Origin: an uncultured Verrucomicrobiae bacterium
GTDB lineage: Bacteria; Chlamydiota; Chlamydiia; Chlamydiales; Rhabdochlamydiaceae
DNA length: 64,000 bases
Reading direction: 5' to 3'
NCBI GenBank assembly: GCA_963731265.1
Contig: CAVSUE010000001.1
Coordinates: 1,504,001 to 1,568,000, forward strand
Of the stretch, positions 42,351-51,351 are shown piece after piece. Made by a program: the position numbers and the translations under genes. Position 1 is the first letter of the stretch; each line of letters opens with the position of its first letter. The notes beneath the pieces are model-generated. The model was not told the DNA's origin. It ran no database searches and saw only the letters and a program-made list of their open reading frames with translations.

Positions 42351-42806
42351 TCAATCTAATTTTTTGATTTTTAAAGAAGTAATCCCTTCTAATTCTTCAA
42401 CACCTAGCTTTTCGATCAGATGGGCAACGGGAGGGAATAAGGGCGTTGGCAATTGCCCCCATTCAAACCAATGCCATCCTTCGCATTTGTGCGGTTCTTT
42501 GAGCTCGAGCTCACCTGTAAAGCGGTCCACGAATACAAATAAAGTGACGTAATGTTTTGTTCCTTCGATCACGTTGTTTGTCCAGGGGCCTAAAAGTATC
42601 GATGTGGCCAGAAGACCTGTCTCCTCCCAAACTTCTCTTTTAGCGCATTCTTCGACCGTCTCGCCAAATTCCAGGTGCCCACCAGCAAAGGACCAGCAGC
42701 CCTCTCCGTGCGAACCCTTGCGCTTGCCAAGAAGAACCTTTCCTTCTGAAATGACAGCTACCCCCACACCGACTTTTGGCCGTTCGGGTTTCATAGGCTC
42801 GATCAT
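42351..42806 (-). CDS. Nudix hydrolase (MutT/NUDT15-like)
   Basis: GGHLEFGETVEECAKREVWEETGL Nudix box and EPHKCEGW. Confidence 0.9.
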   Translation of the reverse strand: MIEPMKPERPKVGVGVAVISEGKVLLGKRKGSHGEGCWSFAGGHLEFGETVEECAKREVWEETGLLATSILLGPWTNNVIEGTKHYVTLFVFVDRFTGELELKEPHKCEGWHWFEWGQLPTPLFPPVAHLIEKLGVEELEGITSLKIKKLD

Positions 42807-42877
42807 TTTTCACCTCACTTTTTTTCTATTATATATTTATGCCCGCTTTTTGCAAAAAGCGGCCATAAACTGGGTTT

Positions 42878-43774
42878 CTATTTCCTATTGAAGACCTGGA
42901 TCATGCCGCCTGCAATCACGAGGAGAGCGCCGGCAAGCGAAAGCCATCCGGGAGGGTGATGAAAAACGGCCCAATCAATGATCGCCGAAAAAATGATCGA
43001 CATATAAAGAAAGGGGGCTAATGCAGAAGCTTTGCCATACTTATACGAAAAACCGCGGAAGATTTGATTGAAAAGGGTTGCCAAAGCAAGGCAGATGAGA
43101 TTCACCCACAAGAGAAGGGTGTAATTCTTAAAGGGGGCGGATTCCATGGAAAACACTTCAGAGAAAGCGAAAACAATCCCGGAAACCACACTGCCGATGA
43201 AATAGAGATAAAAAAGATTGAACTTTTGGTTCTCAGCCTTCGCCTGATGGCTGTACAGCACTTGCGACCCTGCCTGACTTAAGGGGATCACTAAACCCAA
43301 AATGCTCAGCTGCTCAAAAAACGAGGCGCTGGGCTTTAAAATGCAAAGGACGCCGGCAAAAGAGACTAAAATACTCAAGAGCGTTCTTTTTTCAAAACGA
43401 TGTTTAAAAAAAACGAGTTCTAAAATGGGCATGAACAAAGGAGCGGTGTTTTGCATGATCGTGGCGTCGAGCACAGAGGCGGATATCAGGTAATAAAAGA
43501 TCGAGTATTGATAGATCAAAATACAACCGCTGCGGAGCAGTTGCATTTTTAAATTGGTCTTCAAAAAAAGGTCTTTGAATGAAACTGTCGTTAAAAGAAC
43601 GGGCATTAAAAACAGGAGAGGGAGGACGAAACGCAAAAAAATGAGGAGGAGATAAGGGGTGCTTTCGGTTCCAAATTTGGCGAAAAGAGTGAAGAGAGAA
43701 AGGGTCACCCCCGACAGGAGCATGTAAAAAGCTCCCTTTTCAAACTCTTCCTTCGACCTCCAGGTTAATCCCAT
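42878..43774 (-). CDS. DMT/EamA family transporter
   Basis: About 10 TM segments, NTAPLF and LAPFLY motifs. Confidence 0.8.
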   Translation of the reverse strand: MGLTWRSKEEFEKGAFYMLLSGVTLSLFTLFAKFGTESTPYLLLIFLRFVLPLLFLMPVLLTTVSFKDLFLKTNLKMQLLRSGCILIYQYSIFYYLISASVLDATIMQNTAPLFMPILELVFFKHRFEKRTLLSILVSFAGVLCILKPSASFFEQLSILGLVIPLSQAGSQVLYSHQAKAENQKFNLFYLYFIGSVVSGIVFAFSEVFSMESAPFKNYTLLLWVNLICLALATLFNQIFRGFSYKYGKASALAPFLYMSIIFSAIIDWAVFHHPPGWLSLAGALLVIAGGMIQVFNRK

Positions 43775-44277
43775 AGCTGTTTCAACCTTTCATCTCTGCG
43801 GCAACAACTCTGATATGATTTGTAATGGGCCGTATGGGTTTGGTAAAACTTTTGATGGTAATCTTCTGCAGGATAAAAGACATCGAGAGGCCTAATCTGG
43901 GTGTAGATGGCTTGATTTTTAAAGGTAGATGTAATCGCCTCTTTAGATTTTTTAGCTTGGGCTTTCTGTTCTTCATTCGCATAGAAAATTGCCGATTTGT
44001 ACTGGTCCCCTTTATCGCAAAATTGACCGTAAGGATCGAGCGGGTCGATATTGCGCCAGAACACATCGAGAAGTTGAGAATACGTGATTTTAGAGGGATC
44101 GAATGCAATCTTGACAACTTCAAGGTGGCCTGTATGTCCTTCACAAATCTCTTCATAGCTGGGATGGGGAACAACACCCCCGGCGTATCCGGAGGATACG
44201 GAAATCACACCGGGCAGCCGATCAAAGATCGGCTCCATACACCAAAAACATCCGCCGGCAAAAACAGCCTCTTCCAC
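43765..44277 (-). CDS. msrA: Peptide methionine sulfoxide reductase A
   Basis: FAGGCFWC, SGYAGG, GQFCDKG and FYPAEDYHQ. GTG start. Confidence 0.93.
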   Translation of the reverse strand: MEEAVFAGGCFWCMEPIFDRLPGVISVSSGYAGGVVPHPSYEEICEGHTGHLEVVKIAFDPSKITYSQLLDVFWRNIDPLDPYGQFCDKGDQYKSAIFYANEEQKAQAKKSKEAITSTFKNQAIYTQIRPLDVFYPAEDYHQKFYQTHTAHYKSYQSCCRRDERLKQLWD

Positions 44278-44379
44278 AGCGCTTCCCTTTTTCAGACTGT
44301 ATGCATGTATTTTATTTTTTTTTCAAACATGTTAATAAAATGGATTTTCATCTATAATTTTCCGAACAAGGAAGTGATT

Positions 44380-45615
44380 ATGAGTGACAATTTAAATTTT
44401 AATACAGATTCTACAATCAAATCTTATCCCGTTCAGTCAAATCAAAATTTAAACTTTACTATAACTATTCCGAGTAACATAAAACATAATTTTAACCCCT
44501 CAACACTCTCGACCCATAACCCTCGCGTCGAGGTCAAAGCTGCGAATAGTTGGATTGCAGATGTATGGAATCAGTGCTTGGAATGTCTGAAAAATCTATG
44601 GAATAGTCTTACTGCGTGTTTGGGGTTAAAAACCAACGGCAGCACTACGGACTTCAATCTCGTCATCAATCCCGCACAACATGCGCATCATATTAATAAC
44701 CCTAACAAAAGATTCGTTTACGATCGACTTCTTCAAGGCCGCACCGTTGCCGGGCAAGTCACCATGTCAAAAAGCAGCCTAAATGATACTCAGGCCCTCG
44801 AAGCAAAAGCTGTTTTCCCTCCGGCGAGGACGCCCGTTGTCGTTGTCAACGGTACCTTTCTTTACGATGCTTCGACAGCAGACACCGTTCATTGGACAGC
44901 AAACTTTGCCGACCCGCAATTATTTGGATTTTGCGAAGGACCGCTTCTTGCCCAAGATGAACTCCAAGTTTTAGAGCACCCTGCACTTGCCCATGCCAAA
45001 AATGCGCTAGCGCCCCATCAACGCACCCTTCAGAATAACGATGTTGCCCTTTTCCAGAACGTGCCTAGATTAGGTGCGTTGGATACAACCACCCCTCTTA
45101 CCGGTCGCGTCCCTCCTCAAACCTTATATGGAAATTATTTTGCGCAGGCCTCTTCAGCCGAGATTTCATCCCGCTTAACACGTTTCGACAATCCTGTCGC
45201 CAGCAACATCTACGCCATTGTTGGTTCCAATATTCCTCTGTCATTGAATGGCCATCCTTACCTAAGAAAAGATCTTGAAAAGCCGTTTTTCACTTTATAC
45301 AACGCTGCTCAAGCAATTAAAACGGCCTCACCTGACAAGACAAATATCATGCATAACGGAAACTGGGCTATGGGAGCTTTCGGCAACGACCCTAAAACAA
45401 TGTATCTCTTGATCCTTGCTGCCGCAAGATTCGCAGGAGTCGACGAGTTGCGCATGTATCCAATGACGAATCAAATCCAACTGGAAGCCGCAACTCAGCT
45501 TTTAGCACAAATTGAACAGCAGTTTCCTCAGATGACCGCAGGGCAATTTCTCGATCATCTCACAGCCAACGCTGCTAGATATGGATTGAGATATGGCCTA
45601 GGCAACGGAACTTAA
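44380..45615 (+). CDS. PARG-like macrodomain protein with effector-like N-terminus
   Basis: NFADPQLFG…LAQDELQ and HNGNWAMGAFGND resemble PARG DFAN…GxVQEE and TGNWGCGAFGGD. ATG 44380 follows AAGGAAG; the upstream ORF extension is antisense to msrA. Confidence 0.55.
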   Translation: MSDNLNFNTDSTIKSYPVQSNQNLNFTITIPSNIKHNFNPSTLSTHNPRVEVKAANSWIADVWNQCLECLKNLWNSLTACLGLKTNGSTTDFNLVINPAQHAHHINNPNKRFVYDRLLQGRTVAGQVTMSKSSLNDTQALEAKAVFPPARTPVVVVNGTFLYDASTADTVHWTANFADPQLFGFCEGPLLAQDELQVLEHPALAHAKNALAPHQRTLQNNDVALFQNVPRLGALDTTTPLTGRVPPQTLYGNYFAQASSAEISSRLTRFDNPVASNIYAIVGSNIPLSLNGHPYLRKDLEKPFFTLYNAAQAIKTASPDKTNIMHNGNWAMGAFGNDPKTMYLLILAAARFAGVDELRMYPMTNQIQLEAATQLLAQIEQQFPQMTAGQFLDHLTANAARYGLRYGLGNGT

Positions 45616-45644
45616 TTCGTCAGCCCCGAAGAAAATTGGAAGTG

Positions 45645-45740
45645 AACCCAGGCCTTAAGGCCTGAGATTAAGTTGGGGCCGAGCTTCGTCCTCGGCCCAA
45701 CATTGTTTTTGAAAATACCCGGCCCTTAAGGGCCAGGTTT
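45645..45740. repeat. Three-hairpin REP/IS200-605-end-like element
   Basis: CAGGCCTTAAGGCCTG, TTGG(G)GCCGAG…CTCGGCCCAA and GGCCCTTAAGGGCC. Confidence 0.55.
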
Positions 45741-45817
45741 CCGCCGGAGGACGGATAAATTCCATTGCATAAAATACTTCTTCCAACTTAATGATAAGGA
45801 AAAAACCCTTGGTCATT

Positions 45818-46825
45818 ATGCAATTTCGTCAGCTCGGAAAATCAAATATTAAAGTCACTCCCATCATTTTAGGCACATGGGCGATGGGCGGCTGGATGTG
45901 GGGCGGCACGGACGTCAAAAAAGCGATCGAGGCCATTCAAGCAGCTATTGAAAATGGGATCACAACGATCGATACCGCTCCCGCCTACGGAATGGGCTTA
46001 AGCGAAGAGATAGTCGGAGACGCCATTAAAGGGAAAAGAGACAGAGTTGTCCTCGCGACCAAATGCGGCCTGCGCTGGGATGAATCCGATCCTACGGTGC
46101 GTTCGCCAAATCGCGACTTTAACAAAAGTCCTGTCGAAATCCGCAAAGACTTGTCGCCAAAAGGCATTTTTCACGAATGCGAACAAAGCATGAAACGGAT
46201 GAAAGTGGACATGATTGATATTTATCAGATCCATTGGCCGGATCCCGCTACCCCTATTGAAGAGACGTGGAATGCCATGGCCCAATTGAAGAAGCAAGGA
46301 AAAGTGCGCGCTATAGGAGTCAGCAACTTCGATCTTCCTCTGCTCAAAGCCGCTCATGCGGTCTTTCCCGTCGATTGCGTCCAACCTCCCTATAGCCTCA
46401 TTCGCCGAGGAATCGAAAAGGATATCATTCCTTTCGCCCAGTCCAATGGGATTTCCGTCATCGTCTATTCGCCGATGGAAAGAGGGCTGCTAACGGGTAA
46501 ATATAAGCCAGGGCATGTCTTTCCGGCAGGAGACCATCGTGCGGGCAAAAAGACTTTTAAACCGGAATATTTAAAGCCTCTTCAGGAAGCCCTTGCCAAG
46601 ATCGAACCCATCGCCAAAAAACATCGGGTCTCACTGGCTGAAATCATCATCAACTGCACCATTCATCGGCCTGGGATCACGGCCGCTCTTGTCGGCGCCC
46701 GGGATGCAAAACAAGCCGAGGAAAATGCTCGAGGAGCCAAGATTTCCCTGTCTCCTGAAGAGCTGGACCTCATTGCCAACACATTGTCCAAAGCTGAACT
46801 GCAATGCCAGCTTTATGAAGATTAA
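45818..46825 (+). CDS. Aldo/keto reductase
   Basis: IDTAPAYG, LATKCG, YQIHWPD, IGVSNF and YSPMERGLL. Confidence 0.92.
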   Translation: MQFRQLGKSNIKVTPIILGTWAMGGWMWGGTDVKKAIEAIQAAIENGITTIDTAPAYGMGLSEEIVGDAIKGKRDRVVLATKCGLRWDESDPTVRSPNRDFNKSPVEIRKDLSPKGIFHECEQSMKRMKVDMIDIYQIHWPDPATPIEETWNAMAQLKKQGKVRAIGVSNFDLPLLKAAHAVFPVDCVQPPYSLIRRGIEKDIIPFAQSNGISVIVYSPMERGLLTGKYKPGHVFPAGDHRAGKKTFKPEYLKPLQEALAKIEPIAKKHRVSLAEIIINCTIHRPGITAALVGARDAKQAEENARGAKISLSPEELDLIANTLSKAELQCQLYED

Positions 46826-46830
46826 GTGGG

Positions 46831-47601
46831 TTAAATTGTATTGGTATGAATGAGATTGTCGAGGGCAGCCATATACGCGCTCTCCAATTTCAAATTTACC
46901 CCTTCCAGGGCATGCAAAAGTTCCTGGCTTTTTTGAATGAAGGCGGCGACTTTGCCGCTTTGCCAAACTTTTGGGGGATGATCGAGAAGATCGCGCAAGT
47001 TATGTGTGCGATCGGCCAATTTGATCGCTTTTGCCTCCCTGGACATCTTCTCGGCTTGATCGGAAAGACCCAATTCAGGTCGCAGCGTCAACTGTTCGAC
47101 GAGTTCTAAAACCTCACACCCAAATGCAGCCGCGATTTCCGCAGGCACGGTTTTTGTATCATCCAATATTTCGTGCAAAAATGCAGCAGCGAGGAGATCC
47201 GTCTTCCTAAATCCCGCCTCTTCCCAAAGCAATAAAACGACGCGTAGGGGATGAACAATGTAGGGGACCCAATCCGCGTGATTCCTTACTTGGGCGACAT
47301 GTTTGACCGCTGCAAAATCCAGGGCAGCCATGATTTTACGAAAATTGACGTTTCTGGGATTTTCTTGCTTCCAAACTTGAATCAAATGCTCGAAATCGCC
47401 TAAGACAATGGGGTTATTCCGATAAAGGCATCCCAAATTGCTTCGTACAGCATGGATTGTTTCTTCTATCGAATTTGCCAAAAAAATATAAACTCTTGTT
47501 GTTGAGTCATTGCAGACCTCTTCGCCACTTAAAATCGTCCTTTTGACGCAACTTGGCCCCGCGGCGCCTCTCCTACTTTCCCAACTATCTCCTGCTGACA
47601 C
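46831..47601 (-). CDS. HD-domain protein, SpoT/Mesh1-like small alarmone hydrolase homolog
   Basis: AAVKH..QVR, PYIVHPLRV, AAFLHEILDDT and KLADRTHNLRDL. Start uncertain because it abuts a repeat. Confidence 0.7.
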   Translation of the reverse strand: MSAGDSWESRRGAAGPSCVKRTILSGEEVCNDSTTRVYIFLANSIEETIHAVRSNLGCLYRNNPIVLGDFEHLIQVWKQENPRNVNFRKIMAALDFAAVKHVAQVRNHADWVPYIVHPLRVVLLLWEEAGFRKTDLLAAAFLHEILDDTKTVPAEIAAAFGCEVLELVEQLTLRPELGLSDQAEKMSREAKAIKLADRTHNLRDLLDHPPKVWQSGKVAAFIQKSQELLHALEGVNLKLESAYMAALDNLIHTNTI

Positions 47602-47715
47602 AAGTGTCAGCAGTCACTTCGCTTCCCGGTTCGCTTCAGCTCACCTGCTTCACACTGCGAAGATCCACCGGACCTTCTTGTGTTTTCGCAGCCACCGTGG
47701 CCGCGTACACTTTGT
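47599..47715. repeat. Degenerate family C core
   Basis: CCCGGTTC…TCACCTGCT…CACTGCGAAG…GGACCTTCT…CGCAGCC resembles 53221-53290. Confidence 0.6.
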
Positions 47716-47803
47716 AAATGTCCAGTGGACATTTGCGAAGAGAACCGGGTGGGGGGGGCAAAATCATCGATTTTCGCTGTGGCGTGGAGTTTTGCAATTG
47801 GCT

Positions 47804-48616
47804 CTATTTTTCCGCAGTGCCGAAATAGCGGTCTCCGAAATCTCCGAGTCCGGGTACGATGAACTTTCTCTCATTGAGCTTTTGATCAAGCGCGGTGATA
47901 ACGACTTGGATCTTGGGAAATTTGTCGTTGAGCAAAATAAGTCCCTCGGGAGCTGCACAGATCGAGGCCACGATGATATTCTCTTCTTTTACTCCCTTTG
48001 CTTTCAGCATCGAGATCACCATTTCAAGCGTTCCGCCCGTAGCGATCATGGGTTCAGTGATGACCACAGAGTTTCCCGATGCGAGGTGCGGAGAAATTTT
48101 CATGTATTTGAATTGAGGCTTTGCTGTTTTTTCGTCGCGTTGGATCAAGAATTTACTTACATTTGCCTCTGGAAAATGTTTTAAGAAAGTCTCCAGCATG
48201 GCATCGCCTGACCTCATGATGGAGACGAATTCGACTTTGCTCGATAGCACTGTCCCCATGCATTTGGTAACAGGAGTTTCAATTTCAATGATCTTTGTCG
48301 GGAGGCAATCGATCACTTTATTGACAAGCAAATCGCCAATTTTTTCTGAAACCGTTCGGAACTGCTTTGTAGAACTTTGGGAATTGCGCAGCTGGGACAA
48401 AAGAATTTCTTCGTATTTGCTTGGATAAAAAGAACAATGCACGATCGGAAGCATCTGAGAGAGGAGCATTTCATCGTCGCGCATCATTTGGATTTTTTCC
48501 AGCTGGTCCCAATTTTGTTCCATGTCTTTGGGCTCTTCGCCATAAACACTCAAAAATGCGGCGGTCAATACCCATAGGAAAACATTTCTCATTCTACCTG
48601 TAACTTGATGATTCAT
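47804..48616 (-). CDS. upp: Uracil phosphoribosyltransferase with signal-peptide-like leader
   Basis: IETP, SIMRSG, IQRDE, EPMIATGGT and IVPGLGDFGDRYFGT. GGTGGA RBS before ATG 48616. Confidence 0.9.
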   Translation of the reverse strand: MNHQVTGRMRNVFLWVLTAAFLSVYGEEPKDMEQNWDQLEKIQMMRDDEMLLSQMLPIVHCSFYPSKYEEILLSQLRNSQSSTKQFRTVSEKIGDLLVNKVIDCLPTKIIEIETPVTKCMGTVLSSKVEFVSIMRSGDAMLETFLKHFPEANVSKFLIQRDEKTAKPQFKYMKISPHLASGNSVVITEPMIATGGTLEMVISMLKAKGVKEENIIVASICAAPEGLILLNDKFPKIQVVITALDQKLNERKFIVPGLGDFGDRYFGTAEK

Positions 48617-48819
48617 ATTTCCACCTAGATTTTTTTGTTGCGCTATTTTGGCTGAAATCCGAAGGCTTTGCAAGTTGAAACCTAGACTTTACAACCATTT
48701 TGGGAACGAAGGAGTCGAAGTATTTGATTTCGGGGAAGAGAATAGGCGAGACAACTTGACTTAATATCCAATCCAGCTCTAGAATTTATCTGTTTTAAAT
48801 TTTTTAGCATGGTACTGGT

Positions 48820-50130
48820 ATGACCAAGGGAAACTTTCAAAGAACTCTAGGGCGCAAAAGCATTTTCACTAATATGCATGCATGGGTCATTTGGCTTTTG
48901 AGCGCCCTTTTCATGTTTTACAAATATGCCCTTGAAGTTTCTCCAAGTGTCATGACCTCGACTTTGATGAGCACCTTCCACATTTCGGGCACCGCGCTAG
49001 GTAATTTGGCTGCCTGCTATTTTTATGCCTATCTCCTTCTGCAGATCCCCGCTGGCCTCCTGCTGGATAAGATCGGCCCACGAAAAGTCACGACAGTGGC
49101 AATTGGCCTCTGCGCAGCAGGAAGCTTAGTTTTTGCCAGGGCGGACACCCTCCTCATCGCAGGCATTGGCCGTTTCATCACAGGCGCCGGCGCAGCATTT
49201 GCCGCCGTCAATTGCTTAAAATTAATCGCCAATTGGTTTCCGATGAAGCAATTCGCCTTCATGGCAGGATTGATGATGACGGTTGCCATGCTCGGCGCTG
49301 TAGGAGGCCAAGCTCCCCTAGCCGCCTTCATCGATGCCATGGATTGGCGTTACGCAATGGAGATCATCGGAATCATCGGCCTTGTACTTGCAGCTCTTTT
49401 CTGGTTGGTCGTTCGCGACCTTTCTCCGGAACATAAAAAAGAACGCCATATTGTCTCCCAAAGCATCTCGTTTATTGACAGTCTGAAAAGAGTCTTAAAA
49501 AATAGCCAGGCGTGGTGGCTTTCTGTCTATAGCGGGTTCGCTTTCGCCCCTGTGATGATTTTTGGCGGACTCTGGGGAGTCTCTTTTATTTCGGAAGCTT
49601 TTGCCATCTCTCAAAATATTTCTGCACAGGCTGTGTCTATGATTTTTATCGGATTTGCTGTCGGAGCTCCCTTTTTCGGTTGGTTCTCCGATTGGCTGGG
49701 ACGCAGAAAAGTCGTGATGTTCTGGGGCACGGTTTTGGCCCTGATGACGATCTCGAGCGTGATTTACGCGCCTGGACTGACGCAGACATCTATCATGCTG
49801 CTGCTATTTATATTCGGGTTTTCTATCAGCAGCTTCCTGCTTTGTTTCACCATGATCCGGGAAATCAGCTTGCCTATTCTTGCAGCGACGGCGATCGGTT
49901 TTATGAACGCTTTCGACGCCCTTTTCGGAGCCTTTTCCGACCCTCTCACCGGAAAATTCCTCGATATGGGCTGGGATGGAAAATTGGTCGATGGCGCACG
50001 TGTCTTTTCTGTCCATGCCTATAAAGCCGCATTCTTGACATTGCCCGTTTATTTGATCCTTTCTTTGCTGACCTTGTTGCGGATCAAAGAAACCTTTTGC
50101 AAGCCCTCGTTCCCAACCTCTTTACCTTAA
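48820..50130 (+). CDS. MFS transporter
   Basis: About 12 TM segments, GLLLDKIGPRK and GWFSDWLGRRK motif A. Confidence 0.9.
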   Translation: MTKGNFQRTLGRKSIFTNMHAWVIWLLSALFMFYKYALEVSPSVMTSTLMSTFHISGTALGNLAACYFYAYLLLQIPAGLLLDKIGPRKVTTVAIGLCAAGSLVFARADTLLIAGIGRFITGAGAAFAAVNCLKLIANWFPMKQFAFMAGLMMTVAMLGAVGGQAPLAAFIDAMDWRYAMEIIGIIGLVLAALFWLVVRDLSPEHKKERHIVSQSISFIDSLKRVLKNSQAWWLSVYSGFAFAPVMIFGGLWGVSFISEAFAISQNISAQAVSMIFIGFAVGAPFFGWFSDWLGRRKVVMFWGTVLALMTISSVIYAPGLTQTSIMLLLFIFGFSISSFLLCFTMIREISLPILAATAIGFMNAFDALFGAFSDPLTGKFLDMGWDGKLVDGARVFSVHAYKAAFLTLPVYLILSLLTLLRIKETFCKPSFPTSLP

Positions 50131-50138
50131 AAATTAAG

Positions 50139-50171
50139 CGCAAAGACGCAAATTTGCGTCTTTGCGTTCTT
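50139..50171. terminator. Palindrome / probable terminator
   Basis: CGCAAAGACGCAAA|TTTGCGTCTTTGCG followed by TTCTT, between convergent genes. Confidence 0.55.
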
Positions 50172-50187
50172 CCAATTGTGTCAATTT

Positions 50188-50278
50188 AAGAAAAATAACA
50201 GGACTATCAGGATGCACAGGATAAGAAAAAGCAGCAATTTCCTTATCCTTTTCATTATGTTATCCTGTTATTTTTCTT
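50188..50278. repeat. Palindromic element with CAGGA(T/C) subrepeats
   Basis: AAGAAAAATAACAGGA … TCCTGTTATTTTTCTT, a 16-bp IR. Confidence 0.6.
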
Positions 50279-50315
50279 GCACCTTTTTAAGGTGATAACA
50301 TTGTGCGTTCTTCTT

Positions 50316-51308
50316 CTAATTGGCAAGTTGCAACGGCATCATGGCTGACTTCCATTTTTCTAGATAGCGCACCATTCCATAAAAACTCGAAGTGTCCAAC
50401 ACTTCGACAAGTTTGCCTCCAAGTTGCGAAACCCCGGATACATTCATATAGGATTGGTGATAGCAATAATGGTCAGAAATAACGATTCTCGCATTCGAGC
50501 TCAAGTAACGTTGATCGACAAAAGCCTTAAAAAATCTTTCCGCGTCTTCGAGTTCATTTTTTGAATGCGTCTGTATCACGATCATTTGTAAATTATCTTT
50601 GGGGAATTTTAAAAACGAGGTCAAATTCATCGCGCGCGACATCCCTTTTGTGATTCCATTCAGATAAGTAAAGCTGGATGGAACATCATCTTCGACCAAT
50701 AAGTACAGATGAGGATAGAGATGCGAGCGCGGTTCCTGCTTGGCAAAGGATGGATTTTCGACTCGGAATTGACTGGAGGGCGTAACGATGAGCTTTGCTG
50801 TGGAACAACGGCTGCCGCCGAAAGAAAGTTCAATGCTTTCTCGCACGGGATCGATAAAAATACTTTCCAGTTTTTGATGGAGAAGGACAGCGTTGGGAAG
50901 CGCTTTGATCGCTGCTTCTAAATGGGAAATGAGCTCGAAGCAGCCCTGAGAGAAATAATACCCATTTGCACATCGTTCATGCACCTCGTTTGCAAGCTGC
51001 TGCGGATGTTGCAGGCAAAGAAATTTGCATCCAAAGTATTTTTCGAAGAATTCTTTCAGCTTGCAGTCACTCCCGATCAAATGGCATCCCAGGTCGACAT
51101 GGTCGATCCCGCAAATGTCAATGCTCTTCCACGCGCCGCCGCAGACTTCATCAGCCTCCAGAATCAAGACCTTCTCTCCTTTGGAAAGGTGATAAAAGGC
51201 TTCGATCATCGAGATCGGGCTTGTCCCAACTACTGTGGCATCGTAATCGGTTTGGACCGCAAAGATCCATCCTTGAAGAAAAAGCAAAAATATAAGCATA
51301 CAGCGCAT
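50316..51308 (-). CDS. Exported FAD/NAD(P)-binding oxidoreductase-like protein
   Basis: Signal peptide, YDATVVGTSP (degenerate GxG), VLILEAD..CGGAW and DLGCH. Confidence 0.6.
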   Translation of the reverse strand: MRCMLIFLLFLQGWIFAVQTDYDATVVGTSPISMIEAFYHLSKGEKVLILEADEVCGGAWKSIDICGIDHVDLGCHLIGSDCKLKEFFEKYFGCKFLCLQHPQQLANEVHERCANGYYFSQGCFELISHLEAAIKALPNAVLLHQKLESIFIDPVRESIELSFGGSRCSTAKLIVTPSSQFRVENPSFAKQEPRSHLYPHLYLLVEDDVPSSFTYLNGITKGMSRAMNLTSFLKFPKDNLQMIVIQTHSKNELEDAERFFKAFVDQRYLSSNARIVISDHYCYHQSYMNVSGVSQLGGKLVEVLDTSSFYGMVRYLEKWKSAMMPLQLAN

Positions 51309-51351
51309 CAGTCGTTCTCCATTCAGAAAATAATACCTTCGTTTGGACAAA

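Noticed and set aside
43825..44379. N-terminal 185 aa of the 596-aa ORF
   Set aside because: Antisense to msrA. The real start is most likely ATG 44380 with an RBS.
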